Shown here one piece after another: positions 6,309-15,423 of a stretch of 28,376 nucleotides of DNA. Position 1 is the stretch's first letter; the number at the start of each line of letters is the position of its first letter. The notes under the pieces were generated by a model. The model searched no databases. It was not told the origin of the DNA and saw nothing but the letters and a program-made list of their open reading frames with translations. The translations under genes and the position numbers were made by a program. The DNA lies in the IMG/VR virus record IMGVR_UViG_3300032608_000410, positions 1-28,376 of that record. The stretch is one strand, 5' to 3'. The stretch comes from a virus (Duplodnaviria; Caudoviricetes).

Positions 6309-7987
6309 TAGACGACGCCTGGGAGGCGATGGCGCTGCAGGTGGCGGCCCTGTCCGGCGAAGAGTTCGCCGACCGGTTCGAGGCCCTCGAGCACCAGCAG
6401 GACCGCGACGAGGCCCTGCGGCTGCGCTGGCGGCACGACCTGCTCGGGTTCGCCCGCTGGTGCTGGCCTGACCTCTTCTCGATGCCGTGGAACGACTTCC
6501 ACCGCGCCGAGCTGGCGAAGCCCCTCCCCCGATGGGAGGACAGGATCGGATCGGACGTGCGCGACGCGGTCGCGGCGCCTCGAGGAGTGGCGAAGACGAC
6601 CACGGCGAAGGCCCGGGTCGTTCACGCGCTGGCCTACGGGCTCGATCCCTACGTCGTAGTGCTCTCGGCCGAGCAGCGGCTCGCACTGGCGATCTCGGAC
6701 CATCTCCGGCAGATGGTCTCGGACAAGGATTCGGAGTTCGCCCGGCTCTACGGCCCGGTGAGCGTCGAGGGCAGCTCGGGCGAGTGGATCGCACGGTGGT
6801 CCGGCCGCCGGATCTCCGGCGTCCTGGCCCGCTCCTTCGGTACGCAGATCCGAGGCGCCAACCTGCGCGCCCAGCGGCCGACCCTGATCGTCGTCGACGA
6901 CGGCGAGCGGCCGGATCGGGTCCGGAGCGCAGACCAGCGCGAGATCTGGAATCGGTTCCTCGCCGACGACGTGCAGAAGTCGGGCCCCCGTGAGGGCGGC
7001 CTCGCGATCCTCTGGCGGGGGACGGTCCTGCACTCCGACTCGGTGCTGTCGAGGCTGCTCGCCAACCCCGGTTGGTCTGGCGGCCGATGGAAGGCGCTGA
7101 TCTCCTGGCCCGACCGGGCGGACCTCTGGGAAGAGTGTCGCGCCATCTGGGCCGACCTGACGCGCGGCGACGCCAGCGCCAGGCGGGCGGCGGCCTACGA
7201 GTTCTACGAGGCGCACCGGGCCGACATGGACCGCGGCGCCGAGGTGCTCGACGAGGTCGCAGAGCCCCTGTTCAGGCTATACGAATACATCTGGTCGGAC
7301 GGGCTCGCGTCGTTCCTGCGGGAGAAGCAGAACGAGCCGCGCGACCCCGCGGCGGCGATCTTCGACTCGGCGAGCTTCACCCGCTGCAAGGTGACGAAGC
7401 GGAACGGCGAGTGGGTCATCGTCACGGACGGCGGGGGCCGGATCGTGCCCTTGTCCGGCTGCCGGATGATGATCCGGTGGGACCCGAGCCTGGGCGACCC
7501 GACGAGCGACGACGCGGCCCTCTCGCTGGTCGCAGCAGACAGCCACGGCTACGGCTACGTCGTCGCGGCATGGGTCGCGAAGCGGAAGCCGTCGATCCAG
7601 CTGGCAGCCCTCTGGGAGATGGCGGAGCGGTTCGAGGTCAAGCGGGCGAGCCTCGAGGGGAACGGCTTCCAGCGGTTGATCGGGAACGACTTCCGGCGTC
7701 AGCGGAACGAGCGGCGCGAGGCCAAGCGGTATTGGCAGGTCGAGCTTGACGAGGACCCGTCGACCACGAACAAGGAAGAGCGGATCGGGGGGCTCGAACC
7801 CGCGATCACGAACGGGTGGCTACAGTTCGCCGAAGGCCTCCCGCAGGCGTTCCTGAGCCAGTGGGACGACTTCCCCGACACGTCGGGCGGGCACGACCTC
7901 GACGGGCCGGACGCGACCGAAGGGGCTTACGCCCGGGTCGGTGCGGCGCCGAGGGCGGCCGACTACAAGAAGAAGCGGCTCCGATGA
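6305..7987 (+). CDS. terL: Terminase large subunit
   Basis: Walker A APRGVAKTT, Walker B LIVVDD, GTVLH motif, RNase H-like nuclease WDPS...DD and HDLDGPDA; 560 aa. Confidence 0.95.
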   Translation: MIDDAWEAMALQVAALSGEEFADRFEALEHQQDRDEALRLRWRHDLLGFARWCWPDLFSMPWNDFHRAELAKPLPRWEDRIGSDVRDAVAAPRGVAKTTTAKARVVHALAYGLDPYVVVLSAEQRLALAISDHLRQMVSDKDSEFARLYGPVSVEGSSGEWIARWSGRRISGVLARSFGTQIRGANLRAQRPTLIVVDDGERPDRVRSADQREIWNRFLADDVQKSGPREGGLAILWRGTVLHSDSVLSRLLANPGWSGGRWKALISWPDRADLWEECRAIWADLTRGDASARRAAAYEFYEAHRADMDRGAEVLDEVAEPLFRLYEYIWSDGLASFLREKQNEPRDPAAAIFDSASFTRCKVTKRNGEWVIVTDGGGRIVPLSGCRMMIRWDPSLGDPTSDDAALSLVAADSHGYGYVVAAWVAKRKPSIQLAALWEMAERFEVKRASLEGNGFQRLIGNDFRRQRNERREAKRYWQVELDEDPSTTNKEERIGGLEPAITNGWLQFAEGLPQAFLSQWDDFPDTSGGHDLDGPDATEGAYARVGAAPRAADYKKKRLR

Positions 7988-8025
7988 TGGATTGACAGAA
8001 TCAATCCGTCATGACACGAACTTGC

Positions 8026-8445
8026 GGCGGGCTCCCACGAGAGAGCTCGCCACCACACAGAGCAGCCGTCGGCACCCGGCGACAGCCCGGAGCGACCGAC
8101 GTATTCGGACGCCCCGTAAGGACCGCGGGATCGTATGCGCCGCGGGAGTCCTTTAAACGGTGGGGGAAGACCGCGTCTACCATCGGCCCACCCCTCTCTT
8201 TGAGGCGGGGCAAGGGTGAGGACAACGGCAGGGCGCGGCGGCTGCCAACATCTCTACGGCGCGCTTGTGGCGCACCTGTCGCCGGGCAAGGGCGGGCCAA
8301 CCATCGCCCCCGGCGGGCCCCCGATGTTCGGGGCCTTTCACCCCGTCTGCAGCCGGTCCGGACGGGAATGGCTGGAGACCGGCAAGTTCATCCCCCGGGG
8401 CACGATCCCGGGGAGCCCGTGGGCCGCGGTCTGCGGGCAGCTCTC
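8026..8445 (+). ncRNA. Candidate large structured non-coding RNA of unknown family
   Basis: No ORF with phage-like codon usage; nested long-range helices (8075-8085/8276-8286 perfect 11 bp; 8063-8069/8368-8374) and many local hairpins; TTGACA at 7992 upstream. Strand assumed from context. Confidence 0.55.
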
Positions 8446-8459
8446 CCTCTTCTAGCCCC

Positions 8460-8504
8460 ATGGGTTGCAAGAGCAAGCGGAAGCGCGGCGGACGGAAGCG
8501 GTAG
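8460..8504 (+). CDS. 14-aa highly basic peptide MGCKSKRKRGGRKR
   Basis: ATG to TAG, ending 3 nt before the portal ATG; no clear RBS. Confidence 0.4.
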   Translation: MGCKSKRKRGGRKR

Positions 8505-8507
8505 TCG

Positions 8508-10007
8508 ATGAAGGTCAAGATCCTCGAGCAGCTCCACCCGGAGCACGATCTAGACCGGATCCGCCGTCTCTACGCCCTCGCCGAGGGCGGCCCGGACTGG
8601 CACGGCAAGATCGAGGACTGGCTTCCGAAGCGCGAAGTCGAGCCCCCGGACGTCTACGAGGAGCGGAAGACCCTCGCGACCTACGTGAACCACGCGGGAG
8701 GCATCCTCGACCTGCTGGCGGCGATGCTCTTCGGCGAGGCCCCGAAGATCGACGGGCTCCCCACCGGCGACTACTACGAGGGGCTGATCAACGACTGCGA
8801 CGGCGCGGGCACGCCCTGGCGCCAGTGGTGGCGCGAGACCTTCGCGCACACCCTGCGCGGCGGGCGCTGCTTCGTCTGGGCGAACCTCCCCCCGGCTGGC
8901 GACGTGGAACCGGCGACGCGGGCCGACGAGGAGAAGCTCGGGCGTCTGGACGCCTTCCTGGTACGGGTCACCGCGGCGCAGGTCCGCGACTGGGGAACGG
9001 ACTCGAAGGGCGCCCTGCAATGGGTGCTCTGGCGAGACATCGTCGACGAGCGGGAGGACGTCGGCGCCGAGCGGCGCCAGGTCTACCGCTGGACCTACGT
9101 CGACGGCGTGGCGATCCGTCGGTGGGAGTGGACGCCCAAGTCCGGCCAGGACCGGCCGAAGCTCGACGACGACGCCGTCGAGCTGCCGATGATCGGACAC
9201 GGCGCCGCGCGCCTGCCGATCGTCGAGGTCTGCCTGCCTCCTGCGCTGTGGCTTATGCACCGCGTCGAGGATGCGACGATCGCGGCTCTGCGGGCGCGGT
9301 CTGAGCACTCCTGGGCGCTGCACCAGGGGGCAAACGAGCTGCTCGCGCTCAAGCGCAAGTGGACGGACGAGGCGCCCGACCTGGGCCACGGCCACTGGCT
9401 CGAGCTGGCCCCCGACGAGGAGGCCGAGTACATCGCGCCGACCGGGGTCGCCTTCCAGTACCTCGAGAAGGACGTCGCGGCCACCCGAGAGGATCTCTAC
9501 CGCACGCTCAACGCGATGGCCCTCGCGGCGGACTCCGACGCCCAGGCGGCCCGGCTGAGCGGCGAGAGCAAGGCCCAGGACTGGCAGGCGACGCAGATCC
9601 TCCTGGCGGCCTACCAGGATCAGTTCATCTCAGCCATGCACACGGCGGCCGAGATGATCCTCGCCATCCGCGGTGACGACGTGGCGGGCGACGACGGGAT
9701 CAGCGTCTCGGGCCTGGACGGCTGGCAGACCGAAGATCTGCAGGGGTTCCTGCTGGCGGTCACGCAGGCGACCGAGGCCTCGCGTATGTCGCCCACCTTC
9801 CGGAAGGTAGTCGCGAAGCGCCAGGCGGCCCGCATCTTGCAAGACGACGTCAAGCCCGAGGAGATGGAAGCGATCAACGCCGAGATCGACTCGGCTCCAG
9901 ACATCGAGGAGGGGCCTGACGCCTACGGGTTCGGCGGGGCTCCCGGGCAGCAGCAACAGCCGCCAGAGAAGAAGAAGCCCAAGGGCGGCAAGGAGGGCGA
10001 CGAGTAG
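8508..10007 (+). CDS. Portal protein (DUF4055/SPP1-like)
   Basis: 499 aa after terL; WLPKREVEPPDVYEERKTLATYVN N-terminal motif and SGESK motif typical of this portal class. Confidence 0.9.
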   Translation: MKVKILEQLHPEHDLDRIRRLYALAEGGPDWHGKIEDWLPKREVEPPDVYEERKTLATYVNHAGGILDLLAAMLFGEAPKIDGLPTGDYYEGLINDCDGAGTPWRQWWRETFAHTLRGGRCFVWANLPPAGDVEPATRADEEKLGRLDAFLVRVTAAQVRDWGTDSKGALQWVLWRDIVDEREDVGAERRQVYRWTYVDGVAIRRWEWTPKSGQDRPKLDDDAVELPMIGHGAARLPIVEVCLPPALWLMHRVEDATIAALRARSEHSWALHQGANELLALKRKWTDEAPDLGHGHWLELAPDEEAEYIAPTGVAFQYLEKDVAATREDLYRTLNAMALAADSDAQAARLSGESKAQDWQATQILLAAYQDQFISAMHTAAEMILAIRGDDVAGDDGISVSGLDGWQTEDLQGFLLAVTQATEASRMSPTFRKVVAKRQAARILQDDVKPEEMEAINAEIDSAPDIEEGPDAYGFGGAPGQQQQPPEKKKPKGGKEGDE

Positions 10008-10391
10008 ATGGAACAGATTTTCTTCATGTCGTGCGGCCTCATCCTGCTCGGCACGCTGCAGGTCATCGGACTTCTGGCCCTGATCGCCATCGTCGGCAAT
10101 CTCGCGCAGGAGATCACGACGGCCCTCGACGAGGTGAAGAAGGAGAAGGCAGGCCGTCGACAGGTGACGTTCAAGCTCTCCGCGGACATGTCGCAGGCGG
10201 CCAAGTCCACCGAGCAGCTCCTCGAGAAGCTCAATCGGGCAGCCGAGCAGGCGAAGCAGCAGCGCGACGGCGACGGCCCGGACGAGGAGCGGATCGGAGA
10301 GCAGCGAGAGGCGGCCAAGGGCGCGATCCTGACCGCCCTCGACGGCGGCCAGTGGCCGGCGCCTCCGACCGACCCCGACCCGACCCAGTAG
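10008..10391 (+). CDS. Hypothetical membrane-anchored coiled-coil protein
   Basis: ~28-residue hydrophobic N-terminus then charged helical region; starts directly after portal stop. Confidence 0.65.
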   Translation: MEQIFFMSCGLILLGTLQVIGLLALIAIVGNLAQEITTALDEVKKEKAGRRQVTFKLSADMSQAAKSTEQLLEKLNRAAEQAKQQRDGDGPDEERIGEQREAAKGAILTALDGGQWPAPPTDPDPTQ

Positions 10392-10413
10392 GCGGAAGGC
10401 CCCGGGGGGCACC

Positions 10414-11364
10414 ATGTCCCGAGTCGACCGCATGCTCGAGTCGCTCGCGGGCGACCTGGCGAAGCTACACGACCGCGAGGCGCGGGCGTTCCTTCGGACC
10501 TTCGAGGACGCGCGCCGCGAGCTACGGGAGAGGCTCGACGAGCTGATCCGCTCTGGCATGGCCGAGCAGCTCCCGTATTCGGCCCAGTTCCAACGGACCA
10601 TGCTCGCCCAGGTCGACGCCGGCGCGCGCCAGCTCCGCCTGCGGCTGGGCCGGCAGCTCGGCGAGGCTGTCGAGAGGCAGCAACGCGCGGCGCTGGCCGA
10701 CCTGCTCGGCACGATCCGGCAGTTCGAGCCCGACTTTCTGGACGTGGCCGGGCACATCGAGGTCGAGGCCCTGCGCCGGATGACGGAGTCGCAGGGGCTC
10801 CTCCTGCACACGTACTCGATCGGCCGCTACGGCGCCGACGTCGTTGCGACGATGCAACGGGAACTGGCGGCCGGGATCGCAGGCGGCCAGACTTGGCGGC
10901 AGCTGCGGGACCGACTCGCAGGCCCCGGCGGCGTGCTCGAGGGCATGAAGAGCCGGGCCGAGCTGATCGTCCGGATGGAGCTGAACAGCGCGTTCAACCG
11001 CTACCATCTGGACGCGATCAAGGGCACGGCGGCCGTACTCGATCGGGACCTCCCCGCGGACGACCCCGATCGGATGATGAAGAAGGCCGACGAGTTCCTC
11101 GACCTGCGGAACCACGCGATCTCGCGGGTGCTGCACGGCCAGGTCCAGGACCCAGACGAACCGTTCCGGGCCCCTCAAGTCGAGGTGGTCCGACAACACG
11201 ACCTGATCCAAGCGGCGCGGGCGGCGGTGAGCCTGCCACGGCGTCGGCTCTCCGGGATTCTCTGGCCCCTCGTGGGCGGGAGCTACCAGGGAGCGAACTA
11301 CCCGGCGCACTACTGGGAACGAGGCCGAATCGTTCCCTGGCGTGAGAGCTGGGCCCAGGAGTAG
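10414..11364 (+). CDS. Head morphogenesis/minor capsid protein (SPP1 gp7 / Mu F-like)
   Basis: RAELIVRMELNSAFN, LHGQVQDPDEPF and YPAHYWERG motifs; position after portal. Confidence 0.85.
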   Translation: MSRVDRMLESLAGDLAKLHDREARAFLRTFEDARRELRERLDELIRSGMAEQLPYSAQFQRTMLAQVDAGARQLRLRLGRQLGEAVERQQRAALADLLGTIRQFEPDFLDVAGHIEVEALRRMTESQGLLLHTYSIGRYGADVVATMQRELAAGIAGGQTWRQLRDRLAGPGGVLEGMKSRAELIVRMELNSAFNRYHLDAIKGTAAVLDRDLPADDPDRMMKKADEFLDLRNHAISRVLHGQVQDPDEPFRAPQVEVVRQHDLIQAARAAVSLPRRRLSGILWPLVGGSYQGANYPAHYWERGRIVPWRESWAQE

Positions 11365-11369
11365 AAGGA

Positions 11370-12056
11370 ATGCCGCCTCTCGACGACGCAGACAAGACCG
11401 CGATCGAGAAGATGATCGCCGACACCCTCAAGGGGGAGACTTTCGCGAAGACAGTCGGCGATGCCGTCACGAGCGGCCTCGGCGCCCTCAAGATCGAGGA
11501 CAAGATCTCGACCACGGTCGACGCGGCGGTGAAGAAGGCCGCGCCCGAGCCCGACAAGGGCGACGACAAGGGCAAGGACAAGGACAAGGGCGGCAAGGGC
11601 ACCGACGACAAGGTCGCGCAGAAGTTCGCGGCCATGGAGGCGAAGCTCGAGGCCGAGAAGAAGGCCCGCGAGGACGCCGAGGCGGCCCGCCGGACCGATT
11701 CTCTGCACTCGTCTGCCCGGGCGGCCCTGATCGACGCTGACGTCCCCGGCGATCGCGTCAAGCACGCGATGGCCTTCCTCCGGCAGGAGGGGCTCCTGGA
11801 ATCCGACGAGGACGGCAAGCCTTCGATGAAGGCCCCCGACCAGTGGGGGAACGACGCCCTGCAGCCCCTCAAGGAAGCGATCCCCGCCTGGCTCAAGACG
11901 GACGACGGCAAGGCCTACCTGCCGCCGAAGGGGGTTCAGGGCACGGGCGACGGGGCCGGCAAGGTCTCGATCAAGGGGCCGGACGGCGCCGACGACCTCG
12001 ACAAGGTGCGCGACGCGGCCAGCGCCAAGGTGCTGCAGGCGGTTCGCCTGCTGTAG
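11370..12056 (+). CDS. Capsid scaffolding protein
   Basis: Charged, coiled-coil-rich, with LPPKGVQGTG linker; immediately upstream of the capsid gene. Confidence 0.75.
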   Translation: MPPLDDADKTAIEKMIADTLKGETFAKTVGDAVTSGLGALKIEDKISTTVDAAVKKAAPEPDKGDDKGKDKDKGGKGTDDKVAQKFAAMEAKLEAEKKAREDAEAARRTDSLHSSARAALIDADVPGDRVKHAMAFLRQEGLLESDEDGKPSMKAPDQWGNDALQPLKEAIPAWLKTDDGKAYLPPKGVQGTGDGAGKVSIKGPDGADDLDKVRDAASAKVLQAVRLL

Positions 12057-12184
12057 GCGCGCAACGCGACAGATCAAGTGAATCCCCGGGGGTCAGCTTG
12101 CCCAACGTGGGCAAGGCGAAACCCCTGACACCCCAGGCACCCGGATCGCCATCCCGGGAGGCCGAGCAATAGGAGATCCAAACG

Positions 12185-13243
12185 ATGGCGGGACCGACCC
12201 TGAGTGACATCACCGCAGTGCTCAACCTGATTTTCCTGGACGGCATGGCCAGCCAGATCAGGCGCGACGTGCTGCTCCCCAACCTCGTCCCGGTGGTCAA
12301 CGACCGGAACGACTCGTGCCACTGGAAGGCCAAGTTCGACGCCCGCAGCACGGCGTCGGCGAAGGCCGAGGGGCACACGCCGGCCGACGGCGACTTCTCC
12401 ACCCACACCCGCAAGAAGCTGTCCCTGGACTGGGCCGAGTACTTCGGCTACGCCGAGGTGACCGGCCTGGCCAAGGCGATCGACGCCCGCGACGGCGGCG
12501 GCTCGCTGCTCTCCGAGGAGGTGCTCGACGCCCTCGACGAGCTGGCGATCCTGGTGTCGAGCGACTCCTACGCGGGAGACGAGACCGCGAGCCCGATCGA
12601 GCTGGGCGGCCTGGCGATCGCGGTCGACGCGGCCGACACCTACGCCGGCCTGACGGTCGCGGCGGAGAGCAACCACGCCTCCCCCGAGGACACCCTCGCG
12701 GCGGCGAGCCTCTCGATTAGCAACATCCGGGCCAAGCTGATCCGGCCGTTCAAGGACTCCTGCGGCTTCTACCCGGACATGGTCATGTGCCCGGGCGACG
12801 TGTTCGACAGCATCGGCGACCTGTTCGGCTCGGAGCGGCGGTACGTCAAGACCGTCAGCACCGTTCGCGGCCAGATCGACCTCGACAAGCTTTCCGGCGG
12901 CTTCCGGGCTCTGGAGATCGACGGCGTGCCGATCTTCGAGGATCGGCACTGCACCGCGTCGACCATGTACGCGCTGCACTCGCGGTACCTGAGCTACCGC
13001 CAGGTGCCGGACTACGCCGACAACCTGGACCCGTCGATCGTGATCCCCGCCTTCAAGGCCCTGACCGGTCAGAGCCTCGAGCAGGGGACCGTCGAGTCGA
13101 TGATCAAGGCCGGCGGCAGCCGGATCCAGCCGACGATCGAGGCCCTGGCCAAGACCGGCGACTTCCTGCGCGTCATGGTCAAGTGGTACGGACAGCTGCG
13201 GCTCACCCGCCGCAACGCCGCCGCGAAGCTGACCCTCACCTAG
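12185..13243 (+). CDS. Major capsid protein (HK97 fold)
   Basis: 352 aa; AGGAG RBS; AEG near N-terminus, GGFRALEIDGVPIFEDRHC and YGQLRLTRRNAAAKL C-terminal motifs. Confidence 0.9.
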   Translation: MAGPTLSDITAVLNLIFLDGMASQIRRDVLLPNLVPVVNDRNDSCHWKAKFDARSTASAKAEGHTPADGDFSTHTRKKLSLDWAEYFGYAEVTGLAKAIDARDGGGSLLSEEVLDALDELAILVSSDSYAGDETASPIELGGLAIAVDAADTYAGLTVAAESNHASPEDTLAAASLSISNIRAKLIRPFKDSCGFYPDMVMCPGDVFDSIGDLFGSERRYVKTVSTVRGQIDLDKLSGGFRALEIDGVPIFEDRHCTASTMYALHSRYLSYRQVPDYADNLDPSIVIPAFKALTGQSLEQGTVESMIKAGGSRIQPTIEALAKTGDFLRVMVKWYGQLRLTRRNAAAKLTLT

Positions 13244-13267
13244 CCCACCTGACGACCTGACCGAGTA

Positions 13268-13295
13268 GGGGCCCCGGGGTTCGCCCCGGGGCCTC
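13268..13295 (+). terminator. GC-rich stem-loop after the capsid gene (terminator or mRNA stabiliser)
   Basis: GGGGCCCCGGGG-TTCG-CCCCGGGGCCTC; no U-tract. Confidence 0.55.
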
Positions 13296-13331
13296 CTGCC
13301 CGTTCCCCAAGATTCGAGGAGATCCGACAGA

Positions 13332-15008
13332 ATGACCATCGTGCGAAAGACGGGCGGGCGCGACGAAATCGACGCGATCATCGCCTTCGCGAACGCAATG
13401 CTCGTCGACCTGACCGCCGTCCGCACTGCCCTCCTGGGCGGCCTGGATCGCGGTCAGAACGGCGTTCTGACCCTGAACCGGGACACCGACACCCTCGCCG
13501 ACCTGACCGAGCTGCGCACGCAGCTGGCCGCGTGCGTCGTCGATCTCGGCGTCATCCATGCGGCCGACCTGCTGGCCGTGGATCGCGTGAACAACGGTGT
13601 TCTCGGCCGGTCCCCCATGGCCAAGGTCTACGCGGACCTCGTCGAGCTGCGCACGCAGATGGCGGCCGGCGTCGTCGATCTGGGCGTCCTCCGCGCCTCG
13701 GCGGTGCTGGGGATCAACCGGGGCAACGCGACCTGCTTCGCCAACCCGGCGATCGCTGACGGAACCGCCGACGGCAAGATCCAGAACGTCAACGCGGTCG
13801 ACTTCTCGATCGCGGGCCGGCTGTATTCGAAGGCTGCCACCGACGACCTGTGGGACCTGACCGGCCAGACCGACACCACCGGTACCGAGTGGGTCGCCTT
13901 CTGGCTCTACCTGGACGCCAGCGGCACCGCGACGATCGCGGCCGGGACGGTCGTCGAGACCAGCGAGGCGGGCGCCATCGCGGCCCTGCCTGCCATCGAC
14001 GACGCGAAGTGTCCGGTCGGCGTCTACGTCGCGGGCAACTCCTGCGACTTCGACGGCGCAGCTGGACTGACGGCCCAGGGCACGCTGATCAACGGACGAC
14101 CGGCCGCGCAGGCGGATCCGGCGGCCGTGACGGCGACGACCCCGGCGGCCCTGACCTCGGCGGCCACCCTGGCGGGCATCGTCGACGGAACCACCGACGG
14201 CGCTCTGCAGACGAGCGAGGTGACCGAGTTCCAGGTCAACGGGCAGACGCTCTCGAAGGCTGCCACCGATGACCTCTGGGACATGAACGCGGAGACCGAC
14301 ACCGCGGCCGACAAGTACCGCGCGTACTGGCTCTACCTGAGCGCGGCTGGCGCGGCGAGCTCCGTGGCCGGCACCGACGCGGACTCCGAGGCCCTGGCCC
14401 TGGCGGCCCTGCCCGCCGAGGACGCGGCGAAGTGCCCGATCGGTGTGTTCGTGGCTGGCCTGGCGTGCGACTTCGACGGAGCCGCCGGCCTGGCGGCCCA
14501 GGGTACGATCCTGAACGGTCGCCCGGCGGCCGTGGCGGATCCGGCTGCCGTGACCGCCACCACCCCGGCGGCTCTGGACACGGAGATCACCGTCGGTGTC
14601 GTCGACGGAACCACCGCGGGCAACCTGGCGATCTCGTCGGACGTCGATTTCCAGATCGGCGGCCAGATGTACGAGAAGGCCGAGACCGACGACCTGTGGG
14701 ACCTGTCGGCCGAGGTCGACACCGCGGCCGACAAGTACAGGGCCTACCGCCTGTACCTGGACGCCAGCGGCACGGCCACCTTCGAGGCGAGCACCGCGGA
14801 CGCGGCGAGCGCCGTGCTGGCTCTGGCGGCCCTGCCCGACGAGTCGGCGACGAAGTGCCCGATCGCGATCTTCGTGGCCGGTCTGTCGACCGACTTCGAC
14901 GACGTCGGCGGCCTGGCGGCCCAGGGCTCCCTCTACGACGGCCGCTACTCCGCGGTCGCCGACCCGGCGGCCCTGACCGCCGCGGCGATCACCTCGGTCG
15001 CCGTCTAG
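13332..15008 (+). CDS. Repeat-built virion protein, probably capsid decoration or head fibre
   Basis: Follows capsid gene; three ~140-aa repeats (KAxTDDLWD...LYL...LP...KCP...DFD...AQG...GR...ADPAA) preceded by helical repeats. Confidence 0.65.
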   Translation: MTIVRKTGGRDEIDAIIAFANAMLVDLTAVRTALLGGLDRGQNGVLTLNRDTDTLADLTELRTQLAACVVDLGVIHAADLLAVDRVNNGVLGRSPMAKVYADLVELRTQMAAGVVDLGVLRASAVLGINRGNATCFANPAIADGTADGKIQNVNAVDFSIAGRLYSKAATDDLWDLTGQTDTTGTEWVAFWLYLDASGTATIAAGTVVETSEAGAIAALPAIDDAKCPVGVYVAGNSCDFDGAAGLTAQGTLINGRPAAQADPAAVTATTPAALTSAATLAGIVDGTTDGALQTSEVTEFQVNGQTLSKAATDDLWDMNAETDTAADKYRAYWLYLSAAGAASSVAGTDADSEALALAALPAEDAAKCPIGVFVAGLACDFDGAAGLAAQGTILNGRPAAVADPAAVTATTPAALDTEITVGVVDGTTAGNLAISSDVDFQIGGQMYEKAETDDLWDLSAEVDTAADKYRAYRLYLDASGTATFEASTADAASAVLALAALPDESATKCPIAIFVAGLSTDFDDVGGLAAQGSLYDGRYSAVADPAALTAAAITSVAV

Positions 15009-15010
15009 CA

Positions 15011-15056
15011 ACCCCAGACAGCGGCGGCCCTCTTCGCGGGGGGTCGCCGCTGGGGT
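15011..15056 (+). terminator. Stem-loop between head and neck genes
   Basis: CAGCGGCGGCCCTC pairs with GGGGGTCGCCGCTG, with flanking ACCCC/GGGGT; no U-tract. Confidence 0.5.
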
Positions 15057-15061
15057 GACCA

Positions 15062-15421
15062 ATGGCCTTGACCGACGACCAGAAGTCGAAGATCCGGCAC
15101 TACCTCGGGTACCCGGACGTCAACCGCCGGCAGCACACCCACCTGGAATCCGCCTTCGACGCGCTGAGCGCCGAGGGGGAGACCCGGATCGGCGAGATGC
15201 TGGTGAGGCTCGCGGCGCTCGATACCGACCTTGACGGCTCATGGGATCGCCAGAAGGTGATCAAGGCCGAGGAGGTCACGCTCGCCGGCTTCGATGAGGT
15301 GCGCGCGCTCCGCTCTGAGGGCGTCCGCATCTGTCACCAGCTCGGCAACGTGATGGACGTCGAGCCGCGCCGGACCCCGTTCCACGCGGGCTCCGGCGGC
15401 GGCGTGGCGCGAAGGGGCTGA
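15062..15421 (+). CDS. Probable head-tail adaptor
   Basis: 119 aa, MALTDDQKSKIRHYLGYP start typical of phage adaptors; position. Confidence 0.6.
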   Translation: MALTDDQKSKIRHYLGYPDVNRRQHTHLESAFDALSAEGETRIGEMLVRLAALDTDLDGSWDRQKVIKAEEVTLAGFDEVRALRSEGVRICHQLGNVMDVEPRRTPFHAGSGGGVARRG

Positions 15422-15423
15422 CG

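Noticed and set aside
8000-8460. tRNA, tmRNA, RNase P RNA or group I/II intron
   Set aside because: I found no T-arm GTTCRA with CCA end, no GAGGAAAGTCC, and no convincing intron core or domain V; terL and portal both look intact.
12086-12130. Hammerhead ribozyme (GGGGUC...GAAACCCC)
   Set aside because: The CUGANGA core and one of the required stems are missing.
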